DNA of 32,000 bases from Candidatus Saccharimonadota bacterium. Lineage in GTDB: Bacteria; Patescibacteriota; Gracilibacteria; UBA4473. How positions within the stretch are numbered: the first letter of the stretch is position 1; each line of letters begins with the position of its first letter. Under the pieces are notes generated by a model, which did no database searches, was not told where the DNA came from, and saw only the letters and a program-made list of their open reading frames with translations. The translations under genes were made by a program, and so were the position numbers. Location: the NCBI GenBank assembly GCA_020632335.1, contig JACKFV010000001.1, forward strand, positions 150,001 to 182,000. Reading direction: 5' to 3'. Below are positions 17,727 to 25,837 of this stretch, in pieces.

Positions 17727-19925
17727 CTAGCGGTCTGGTGGGATGTCAAGATACTCCACGAGGAACTCTCCAATGCGTTTAAAGGTCACCGCAGCGGTCT
17801 CAGACCCCCACTGACTGGCCTTGGGGAAGTCCATCTTTACCAGCACCACAAAGGCCGGGTTCTCATACGGCGCATACCCCGCAAAGGTGGCTATCGTCGT
17901 CCCGATTTCCTCTTGCGCGCGGCCAGCCGCGTCGTAGGTCTGGCTGGTGCCCGTCTTCCCCATGACCGTATGGTGGGGCAGCTTGGCGGCGCTGGCATAG
18001 CCCTTGGCCACGCTCTCGGCCAGCATGGCTTTGATCATCTCATACGACTCCTTGCGGATGACCCGGTGGCGCAGCACGGGCGGGAAGTCCTCCTCCGTGC
18101 CATCGCTGTGGATAATGCGCTCCACAATGCGCGGCTCCACAAGGTAGCCCCCATTCGCCAGCGCGGCAAAGGCCGTCAGCATCTGTATGGGCGTCACGGC
18201 TATCCCCTGGCCAAACCCACGCGTAACGAGCTCTGAGGCCGTCCAGTCATGCCAGATCTCTAGTTTGCTGGGGTTCTCCCCCGGGAGCGCGATGTCGGTA
18301 TACTCGCCAAAGCCAAAGGATTTGAAGTACTCGTAGAGCACCTGGCGGCCCATCTTCTGCGTGACGAAGGCAATGCCGGTATTCAGCGAGCGGTTAATAA
18401 CGCTGATCATACTCGTGCGCCCGGCATAGACTCCGTCGGCATTCCGGATGGTGAATTCGTCCACCTCCACTGGCCCCGTGTCGTCATAGGTAGTGGTGGG
18501 GATGCCCTCATCAGCGTCCAGCGCAGAGGCCATTGTGACGGCCTTCATCACTGAACCCGGCTCGTAGATGTCGGCCACGGTACGGTTCCGGAAGACCTGC
18601 GGCCCCCAGGTATTGACATAGCGGTAGTAGAGCCCGTCGTCTGTGACGGTAGGGATAGCCTGGTTGAAGAGGGGATTCTCGCGGTCAGTATCCTCCTGCT
18701 CAGCTGTGATGGGATAGGTAAGGAAGGCATCACCGAAGCTATTGGGGTCAAAGAGCGGGGCATTCACCATGGCGAGGATATCGCCCGTCTGTGGGTCCAT
18801 GACGATGGCCTGCGCACTATCCGCGTCAAAGCGCTTGCGGTCCTCCTCCAGGAGCTTCTCCACCGTGCCCTGTATGACCCGGTCTATCGTGACCACAATG
18901 TCGCTACCGTCCTGCGCCTGTACCATGCCCGTGCCCTCCAAGCGGTTGCCCAGCAGGTGCTGCCCTGAGACATTCGTGGCGCCGAGGATCTGCCCGTCCT
19001 TCCCCCGGAGGATGGCGTCAAAGCGCTCTTCTATCCCGTAGCGGCCCGTCCCCTCCTTGTCGACGAAGCCCAGCACCTGCCCGGCCAGCTTCTTCTCGGG
19101 GTAGTAGCGCCAGTGCTCGTCTTGCAGGACAATCCCCCGCAGCAGCGTGCGGTACTCGGGGTCTTGCTTCAGCAGCTCTATGCGCTCGCTCACCTCGGGG
19201 ACTATCTGCCGCATCAGCACCTCATAGCGCTTACTGCGGCGGCGCATCATGTACTGCAGCTCGTCCTCCTCTACCCCAATGATGGGTGAGAGCTGCTGCG
19301 CCAGGCGCTCGGGGTTCTGGAGGTAGGTGGGGTCTACCACCACATTCCGCCCCTCTATGTACACCCCCTGCAGCCCCATCTGCTGGATGTCCGCTAGCCG
19401 AGACGGCGCCAGGTCGAGCGCCACCACGCTGCGCACCACCTCTACCTCGCGGAATTTCGCCTCCAGTTCACGCTGGTAGAGGGCAATGCGCTCGGCGGTG
19501 GGGCTATCCCAGTCATCGGGCGAGGTGGTGATGTTACAGCCCTCCGCGGCCTCACAGTGCGCGTGGATGAGCAGCGGCGCCAGCAACTTGGCCACCAGAG
19601 CTATGTCGCTGCGCTCTTGCTGGTCGAGTGGTTTGCGCGCGTCATAGGCGGGGTAGTTCAAGATCAGCGGGTCTATGGTGAGCATCTGCAGCGTGTTGTT
19701 GGTCGCCAGTGGGGTGAGCTCACTACTGGTGCGGCTCTTACGCGTGAGGATCTGCCCCCGCACCGCCGGGAGGACAAAGCGCCGCTCGTGCTGCGCGTCT
19801 GCTTTGGCCGCGTAGGCATCATGTTGCAGCACCTGCAGCTGCCACAGCCGCCCCACCATCAGGAGAAACAGCACTATAAACCCACCCATCAGCACCTGTA
19901 CCCGACGCGTAAAGGAGTACCACAT
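17727..19925 (-). CDS. Class B penicillin-binding protein (PBP2/FtsI-type transpeptidase, 732 aa)
   Basis: An N-terminal TM anchor (VLMGGFIVLFLLMVG) is followed by the transpeptidase motifs SVMK (SxxK), SLN (SxN) and KTGT (KTG) in order. I chose the start at ATG 19925 (MWYSFTRR). Confidence 0.9.
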   Translation of the reverse strand: MWYSFTRRVQVLMGGFIVLFLLMVGRLWQLQVLQHDAYAAKADAQHERRFVLPAVRGQILTRKSRTSSELTPLATNNTLQMLTIDPLILNYPAYDARKPLDQQERSDIALVAKLLAPLLIHAHCEAAEGCNITTSPDDWDSPTAERIALYQRELEAKFREVEVVRSVVALDLAPSRLADIQQMGLQGVYIEGRNVVVDPTYLQNPERLAQQLSPIIGVEEDELQYMMRRRSKRYEVLMRQIVPEVSERIELLKQDPEYRTLLRGIVLQDEHWRYYPEKKLAGQVLGFVDKEGTGRYGIEERFDAILRGKDGQILGATNVSGQHLLGNRLEGTGMVQAQDGSDIVVTIDRVIQGTVEKLLEEDRKRFDADSAQAIVMDPQTGDILAMVNAPLFDPNSFGDAFLTYPITAEQEDTDRENPLFNQAIPTVTDDGLYYRYVNTWGPQVFRNRTVADIYEPGSVMKAVTMASALDADEGIPTTTYDDTGPVEVDEFTIRNADGVYAGRTSMISVINRSLNTGIAFVTQKMGRQVLYEYFKSFGFGEYTDIALPGENPSKLEIWHDWTASELVTRGFGQGIAVTPIQMLTAFAALANGGYLVEPRIVERIIHSDGTEEDFPPVLRHRVIRKESYEMIKAMLAESVAKGYASAAKLPHHTVMGKTGTSQTYDAAGRAQEEIGTTIATFAGYAPYENPAFVVLVKMDFPKASQWGSETAAVTFKRIGEFLVEYLDIPPDR

Positions 19926-20003
19926 AGCCCCATGGTAGCGAAAAATCCCCGGTATGCTAGTGGATTCTATTGCTCTGAAGAGGCATATCACTAGCATAAG
20001 TGC

Positions 20004-20783
20004 ATGCGACGCCTTGGCGTATTTGACTCGGGTGTGGGCGGGCTGACCCTCCTGCGGGCGCTCCAGCAGGTCATGCCGGCCTGTCCCTTCCTCTACCTAG
20101 CTGACACCGCTGCCCTCCCCTATGGCGAGAAATCTCCGGCCGAAATCATCCACCGCACAGAACTCGTCACCCAGTACCTGGAGCACGCGGGCTGCAGTAT
20201 TATCGTCTACGCGTGTAATACCGCCTGTACAGTGGCCCACCAGACCGTACAAGCCCAGGGGGAGGTCCCGCACTTTGAGATCATCAGCCCGCTCAGGGAG
20301 CAGTTGCTGCTCAGCCGTGCGCGTCCGCTGGGGGTGCTGTGTACCCGGGCTACGGCGGAGAGTGGGGTCTTCCAGCAGCTGGGGGAGGAGCGTGGCAGCC
20401 CCTACCGAGTGCTCGCCTGCCCGGACCTCGTGCCGCTCATAGAGGGGAATGCCCCGCTAGAACAGCTGCAACGCGCGGTGAAGCGCTACTGCCGGGAGCT
20501 CTGCACCGGCTTCCTCCCGGAGATAGTGGTGCTGGGCTGCACGCATTATGAGGCGCTGCGGGGGCTCTTCCAGCAGTATCTGCCGCCCTGTACCCACATT
20601 ATCTCTCAGCCAGCGCTCCTGACCGTGGCCTTCCAGCGCTATGTACGGAACCACGAGGTGCTCATAGACACCATTGACACCACCCCCCGTACAGAGTACT
20701 GCTGTACTGCGCCGGTAGAGGTCCCCCAGGCCTTTACTCCCTATATCTCCCCCTCTACCCCTTGGCATGGCATCTCCCTCTAG
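20004..20783 (+). CDS. murI: Glutamate racemase (259 aa)
   Basis: VFDSGVGGLT is present, along with the two catalytic Cys motifs YACNTA and LGCTHY. Confidence 0.9.
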   Translation: MRRLGVFDSGVGGLTLLRALQQVMPACPFLYLADTAALPYGEKSPAEIIHRTELVTQYLEHAGCSIIVYACNTACTVAHQTVQAQGEVPHFEIISPLREQLLLSRARPLGVLCTRATAESGVFQQLGEERGSPYRVLACPDLVPLIEGNAPLEQLQRAVKRYCRELCTGFLPEIVVLGCTHYEALRGLFQQYLPPCTHIISQPALLTVAFQRYVRNHEVLIDTIDTTPRTEYCCTAPVEVPQAFTPYISPSTPWHGISL

Positions 20784-21975
20784 CCTCCCCGGTACTTACC
20801 TGGCTGTCCTCGGCCGCAACGCTGTGCTGAGCCGCACTGAGCTCAGCCGCTCTGCCCGGGAGCTCTGGACTGATGACGAAATAAGCCTGCTCACAGACCT
20901 GCAGGTGGAGAATCCTCGCTCCCTGCCCAAGGCCCCTGCGCAGCTCTTTCTCGACCGCCTGGGCGGCACCCAGCGCCTGGCCGTGCAGCTGCAGGTGGCT
21001 GCTACGGTGGAACAGAGCGTTAGCGTCATTGTGGACCACATAGCGCTGCACTACCCTGAGCTCTTTCCTCAGGGGGATCATAAATACCTCCTGGGCCTCT
21101 CCAGCTATGGCATGGGGAAATCTTTGAACAAAAAATATATGCAATCTATCACCCACGCCCTGGGGGAGCTGCCGCACAAGTGGGTCAATGAGGGCACGCA
21201 AAATATGACCTCGGGACGGTACTTCCACGAGAAAGTGGGACACAAGGGCGCCGAGTACATCGTGCACCAGACGACCGAGGGGATAGGGGTCTACCACACG
21301 GTGGCCAACCAGAACCTGCGCAATTACACCCTGCGTGACCGGCATAAAGAGGGCGACAGCACCATGGGTATGCTGCCGCCCAAGCTGGCGCAGATCCTCA
21401 TAAACCTCGCCCAGCCAGCCCCCGGCACCACCATCGTGGACCCTTTTTGTGGCTCGGGTACTGTGAATACCGAGGCGGCGATCATGGGCTACCCCACCCT
21501 GGGCAGTGACCAGAGCAAAGAGCACATCAAGATGGCGCAGCGCAACTGGAACTTCCTCAGTGAAAAATTTCGCTTCAGTACGGATTCTGGGCGCTTCACC
21601 ATCGCCGATGCCACGGAGCGGGACTACCCCCAGGGCGTCATGGTAACCGAGGGCTGGCTGGGGCAGAACTTCACCAGCAGACCCTCTAAAGACGCCGCAG
21701 CGCGAGAAGCCGAGCAAGTGGTGGCCCTCTGGCAGCGACTCTTCCTCACCCTCGAGAAGGCGCCTATAGACCGCATCGTCTGCTGCTGGCCCGTGTGGTA
21801 CTGCCGTGATGGCGCGGTAAAAGTCGACAAAAAAATACTTGCGCTCGCAAAGCGCTCTCACTACACTCCAGTGGCTTTTTGCGATGGGAGCCTGGGGCAA
21901 GTGTACGCGCGTGAGGGGGCCTATGTAGGGCGATGGGTGCAGGTACTGCAGAGAGCACAGGATCTTCCCGGGTAG
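20767..21975 (+). CDS. SAM-dependent methyltransferase, UPF0020/Trm11-like (putative RNA or DNA N-methylase, 402 aa)
   Basis: Motif I region reads LPPKLAQILINLAQPAPGTTIVDPFCGSGT...GSD. A degenerate motif IV-like VTEGWLGQ follows. The gene overlaps murI by 17 nt, and its stop lies 10 nt inside tRNA-Asn. Confidence 0.65.
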   Translation: MASPSSLPGTYLAVLGRNAVLSRTELSRSARELWTDDEISLLTDLQVENPRSLPKAPAQLFLDRLGGTQRLAVQLQVAATVEQSVSVIVDHIALHYPELFPQGDHKYLLGLSSYGMGKSLNKKYMQSITHALGELPHKWVNEGTQNMTSGRYFHEKVGHKGAEYIVHQTTEGIGVYHTVANQNLRNYTLRDRHKEGDSTMGMLPPKLAQILINLAQPAPGTTIVDPFCGSGTVNTEAAIMGYPTLGSDQSKEHIKMAQRNWNFLSEKFRFSTDSGRFTIADATERDYPQGVMVTEGWLGQNFTSRPSKDAAAREAEQVVALWQRLFLTLEKAPIDRIVCCWPVWYCRDGAVKVDKKILALAKRSHYTPVAFCDGSLGQVYAREGAYVGRWVQVLQRAQDLPG

Positions 21976-22040
21976 CTCAGCGGTAGAGCAATTGGCTGTT
22001 AACCAATTGGTCGTCGGTTCGAATCCGACCCCGGGAGCCA
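21966..22040 (+). tRNA. tRNA-Asn (anticodon GUU), CCA encoded
   Basis: Folds by hand into a cloverleaf: TCCCGGG/CCCGGGA acceptor, GCTC..GAGC D arm, ATTGG-CTGTTAA-CCAAT anticodon arm, GTCGG-TTCGAAT-CCGAC T arm, then G-CCA. Length is 75 nt. Confidence 0.9.
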
Positions 22041-22443
22041 GTAGAATTTATTGACGAAGAATCGCCCTTAGCAGCGGTCTTTTGTTCATGCGGATAATTC
22101 GTCAAAGCTATTATGTGAGAAGGCTCCCGCCATTCTATCGCTACGCCATCTCCGTATAAAAACACGGTTCAGACTCAGGGATAAGAGCCGTTCAATTCTT
22201 GGTTCAGACCTAGCGTCTTTCCTGGAAGGCAACTTCCGCCTCAAGGCGTCAGGTTCTGTGCGCTGCTAGTAGTAGGGAGCATCCCTAAAGGATTGCAGCG
22301 ACTTTAATTACTGTAAAATCCCTCTTAGCTTATCTTGCCCCATACTGTGGGAGTGACTCTCCTGCAACGCCATGGGTGGCATAATGGTGTGGGATTCAGA
22401 CTATTCCCCTTGCGGGATGGACAGCGGTCTGTATGCTCTTGGC

Positions 22444-24093
22444 ATGGAATCACGCGTCTGTAGCGTCTCAGGAGAATCCTTCACGGTGAGCGAGCTGGAG
22501 CGGGGTCTACGGCAGAAGTTTGGGTTGGAGGGGCTCCCCACTACGGCTCCGTGGGTGCGGTTGCGGCACTTGGGGACGTTCTGGCAGCACTTCCATCTGC
22601 ATAAGCGGGGCTGCGATAAGACGGGGCAGAGCATTATTTCGCCTTTTCGTGCAGACTGCCCGTATAAGGTGTATCACAAGGACGTCTGGCTGGAGCATGA
22701 CGACACCGTGGGCGCGGACGTAAATTTTGAGGAGCCAGTGTTTCAGCAGCTCTGGCAGTTTTTTCCGGAGAATCCGATACCAGATAGATTTGGGGCTAAT
22801 ACAGAAAACTGCGAATATACCGATAATATATGGAATGCAAAAAATTGTTATCTTTCCTTTAACGCTGACACCATAGAAAATTGTAGCTATAGTGTGCATC
22901 TCGCATTTAGTCGAGATATATATCATTGTTACTTTGTAGTAAATAGTGAGGTTGTATATGAGTCTGCCAATTGTATGCATGTTTATAATGTCGTGTATTG
23001 CGTACAGAGCCAGCAGTGCCATGACAGCGCCTTTCTCTATGACTGCCGGAACTGTAAAGACTGTATGTTCTGTTGTAACCTCCGGAACAAGCAGTACTGC
23101 TTTGGGAATCAGCAGCTGACGCAGGAGCAGTACGAGCAGAAGAAAGCGGAGTGGGATCTCTCCTCACGAGCGGTGTATGAACGCGCAAAAGGGTTTTTTG
23201 CAGAGATGATGCTGACTATGGCCTGGCATAGAGCGCTAGAACAGCAGCAGACAGAAGACGTACACGGCAACTATATAACGGAGTCTAAGAGTGTAGAGAA
23301 TGGATATTTTGTTGATAAAGTACACACTGCCGTTAACGTCTTGCGAGGGTATGACTTCCAGGATACCCTTGATTGTGTATCTCCAGGATTAAGTCAGCTG
23401 ACTTATCTGTGCTGTTTTGTGGGCTTACAGGCTTATGAAGTTCGCTTTTCTTTCTCGTGCTATGAATCGCATGACCTGGAGTACTGTGCCTTTTGCCAAA
23501 ACTGCGAGAACTGCTTTGGGTGCGTGGGGCTGCGGGGGAAGCAGTACTATATTTTCAATAAACCGTATAGCGAGGAGGCCTACCACGCGCTGAAGGCTCA
23601 GCTGGTGGAGTACATGAAGAGCACGGGCGAATACGGACAATTCTTCCCCGGGTACTTCAGCCCCGCGCCGTATGACGAGACGATCAGCGGGTATTACTGG
23701 CCACTGGATAAGTCGCAGCAGGAGCAGCTGGGGTTCCGCTATGCCGCGCCGGTAGAGAAGCACAATGCCGGCTACCGGAGCGTAGAGGAAATCCCCGATA
23801 CTCCCGAGGGCTGGACAGACAGCATGTACCAGCACGTCTACTGGGACGAGGTAGCTGGCAAGCCTTTCCAGATAACCAAGCAAGACGTCGCCTTTGCCAA
23901 GAAAATGGGCGTCCCACTGCCAGACAGCCACTATATGCGACGCATACAAGAGAACCTCCGCTGGATGCCCTTTGACGGTAAGTTGCGCACCACCACCTGC
24001 GCCCAGAGCGGCAAAACGATAGAGACCAGCTGGCCGGCAGCGTATGACGGGCGCATCTTGAGCGAGGAAGCCTACAACCAGATGGTGGTGTAG
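22444..24093 (+). CDS. Cysteine-ladder protein, paralog A (549 aa), uncharacterised family
   Basis: Homologous over its full length to paralogs B and C. The start at ATG 22444 (MESRVCSVSGESF) was chosen by alignment with MEVRHCSISGKAF. It has two Cys-rich modules, each ending C(K/E)(D/N)C(M/F)(F/G)C..LR.KQY(C/Y).., and a C-terminal FAKKMGVPLP motif. Confidence 0.75.
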   Translation: MESRVCSVSGESFTVSELERGLRQKFGLEGLPTTAPWVRLRHLGTFWQHFHLHKRGCDKTGQSIISPFRADCPYKVYHKDVWLEHDDTVGADVNFEEPVFQQLWQFFPENPIPDRFGANTENCEYTDNIWNAKNCYLSFNADTIENCSYSVHLAFSRDIYHCYFVVNSEVVYESANCMHVYNVVYCVQSQQCHDSAFLYDCRNCKDCMFCCNLRNKQYCFGNQQLTQEQYEQKKAEWDLSSRAVYERAKGFFAEMMLTMAWHRALEQQQTEDVHGNYITESKSVENGYFVDKVHTAVNVLRGYDFQDTLDCVSPGLSQLTYLCCFVGLQAYEVRFSFSCYESHDLEYCAFCQNCENCFGCVGLRGKQYYIFNKPYSEEAYHALKAQLVEYMKSTGEYGQFFPGYFSPAPYDETISGYYWPLDKSQQEQLGFRYAAPVEKHNAGYRSVEEIPDTPEGWTDSMYQHVYWDEVAGKPFQITKQDVAFAKKMGVPLPDSHYMRRIQENLRWMPFDGKLRTTTCAQSGKTIETSWPAAYDGRILSEEAYNQMVV

Positions 24094-24680
24094 TGCTCTG
24101 GGACTGCACCAGGAGCGGTCTGTGGGGGATTACCTCCTAGAATACGAGGGCCTGGTAGCACGTCTCACAGAGGATTTGCTCGGGTCTGTCGGGGGCGTAA
24201 GTGGTGGAGATAGGGGCCCCACACTGGCCGCACTCCCGGTCATACAGCCGCCGAGGATTCCGCAGTGCCATGCGTTCTTTATGCCGTTGGTCCGGGTGTT
24301 TGCGCGGGATGGGCAGCCCCATTTTTTTGTAGAACTGGAGTTCTGCCGGCTGTATGCGGTAGTTTTTTCCGGTGACCTCGCAGGCCAGTATCTCCTTCGT
24401 GATGCTCTCAGGCACGTCCGCTATGGCCTCGGGGATCACGTAGGTCTGCGGCTGGTAGTCTTTTTTGTCCTCCTCGCGCCAGGTGTAGCCCCGTGCCAGA
24501 GCCTCTTCCCGCGTGAGCGGATAGTACTCCTGCGCGATGGTTTCGTTGTAGGCAAAGGGGCTCATCCCGGGCGGGAAGAACTCGCCCCACTCGCCGGTGC
24601 GCTTCATGTGCGCTATTATCTGGTCTCGTAGCGTGTAGTATTCTTCTTTGCTGTACTGCTTATTCAGGATGCAGTACTGT
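24061..24680. repeat. Outer inverted repeat, left arm (about 620 bp)
   Basis: Its reverse complement matches 29200-29819 with no indels (p+q=53880). Positions 24133-24631 are identical to 29249-29747 in my base-by-base comparison. The arm covers the 3-prime third of paralog B, the intergenic spacer and the last 33 nt of paralog A. Confidence 0.9.
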
Positions 24681-25801
24681 GCTTTATTGAGGCCATAACA
24701 ACCGAATGCATGTTCGGTCCCTCTGAGACAAAATTGGGAATACCATACATTTGAAGAGCCATCGTACAGTTGTGCACAGAACGCAGTATCAGCAGTATTG
24801 AGTCCTATACATACTCCTTCATAGCAGTTTTGTATTCCCATACCGCCGATATTAATATCCATACAATTGTAGTTTTCTCCGTCTCCTGCAAAGAGGTCAG
24901 CGCAGTAGGTAAGATTGTCTGCTCTGTGACAGTTATAGCAGTGTGAAAGATCCCGAGAATAAGAAAGCATATCCCCCGTGCAGTTTTCACATTGTATTTG
25001 TCGCGTACACTTATAAGAGAGATTTTGCTTGAACGTAGTGAAGAATTGTGCTAGCTGAGGGAGCGTATGAGTAGCTAATAGAACTTTCAATTTCTGTTCA
25101 TATACTTCTTTTGTGAGTTGTTCGTTATTAAAACAATATTTCTTATTTCGTAGGTTACTACAGCCAAAGCAATCACGGCAACCTATACAATCTGTGCAAA
25201 AATAACAGGTATTACAATTGTCAGAGTGTAGGGTATACACACATGTATGGCACTGTGTACAGTCAATACATTCATAACACAACTCACAGTTTCTCGTATC
25301 TTGCACATCTACAGAATCAAAACAATGGAAGACATTATTCCCATAGAGACACTTTTCATTGTAATCAGCACAGGTAATGAGATAACAATCTTTCATATAC
25401 CCGCAGTTATTGCAGTAGTCACAGTTTTCTAGTGTGTCTGCCACCACTTCTCTCATAATGTGGGGGACACGTTTCTCGAGCGACGCAAATTGCTCAAAAA
25501 ATGGCACGTTAAAGTCATATGCTTGACAATAATCTCGTGCGTCCCACGCATCACTATACCAGTATTTCGGTTCATAAAGTGTGTAGCCCTTATCTTCTGG
25601 GAACATACTCAGTCCTCGTTGTTTCGTTATGTTACATTCTGCCCAATAGAGCTTTCTCTCATTTCTATACGTCAGTCTTCTTCGGGCCCGCTCCTCCGGG
25701 CACAGGGTGGGCAGTGGCACGCCCATTTTCTCGTAGAACTGTATGTCTTGGTCTGTGATAGTAAATGCTTTGCCGGAGATGGAGCAGTGGCGTACTTCCA
25801 T
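24137..25801 (-). CDS. Cysteine-ladder protein, paralog B (554 aa), uncharacterised family
   Basis: ATG ORF with about 43 Cys by my count. An N-terminal CSISGKAFTITDQDIQFYEKMGVPLPTLCPEER motif and a related C-terminal CEVTGKNYRIQPAELQFYKKMGLPIP...RECGQCG...CETC motif flank two Cys modules. It lies 36 nt downstream of the ATPase on the same strand. Confidence 0.8.
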   Translation of the reverse strand: MEVRHCSISGKAFTITDQDIQFYEKMGVPLPTLCPEERARRRLTYRNERKLYWAECNITKQRGLSMFPEDKGYTLYEPKYWYSDAWDARDYCQAYDFNVPFFEQFASLEKRVPHIMREVVADTLENCDYCNNCGYMKDCYLITCADYNEKCLYGNNVFHCFDSVDVQDTRNCELCYECIDCTQCHTCVYTLHSDNCNTCYFCTDCIGCRDCFGCSNLRNKKYCFNNEQLTKEVYEQKLKVLLATHTLPQLAQFFTTFKQNLSYKCTRQIQCENCTGDMLSYSRDLSHCYNCHRADNLTYCADLFAGDGENYNCMDINIGGMGIQNCYEGVCIGLNTADTAFCAQLYDGSSNVWYSQFCLRGTEHAFGCYGLNKAQYCILNKQYSKEEYYTLRDQIIAHMKRTGEWGEFFPPGMSPFAYNETIAQEYYPLTREEALARGYTWREEDKKDYQPQTYVIPEAIADVPESITKEILACEVTGKNYRIQPAELQFYKKMGLPIPRKHPDQRHKERMALRNPRRLYDRECGQCGAPISTTYAPDRPEQILCETCYQALVF

Positions 25802-25802
25802 A
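25686..25802. repeat. Inner inverted repeat, left arm (117 bp)
   Basis: Its reverse complement matches 28081-28197 with one mismatch (G versus A in gcgtRccact). It starts 1 nt upstream of the paralog B ATG and covers codons 1-39. Confidence 0.9.
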
Positions 25803-25837
25803 CTCTGAATGTACAGGACTTACGAGAAGACACAACC

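Noticed and set aside
20755-21900. 381-aa minus-strand ORF opposite the methyltransferase gene
   Set aside because: The plus strand carries a clear SAM-binding motif (VDPFCGSGT) and sensible gene junctions with murI and tRNA-Asn. The antisense product has no recognisable features.
21977-22165. 62-aa minus-strand ORF overlapping tRNA-Asn, and the 104-aa ORF at 6795-7109(+) next to tRNA-Thr
   Set aside because: One overlaps a tRNA gene, and the other runs through a terminator-like hairpin and the antisense of the broken gene. Neither shows motifs or a coding-like composition.
24122-24631. Mirror-image ORFs 24122-24631(+) and 29249-29704(-) with identical translations
   Set aside because: Both are the antisense frame of the identical 3-prime ends of paralogs B and C. 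Their identity reflects the inverted repeat, not an extra conserved gene.
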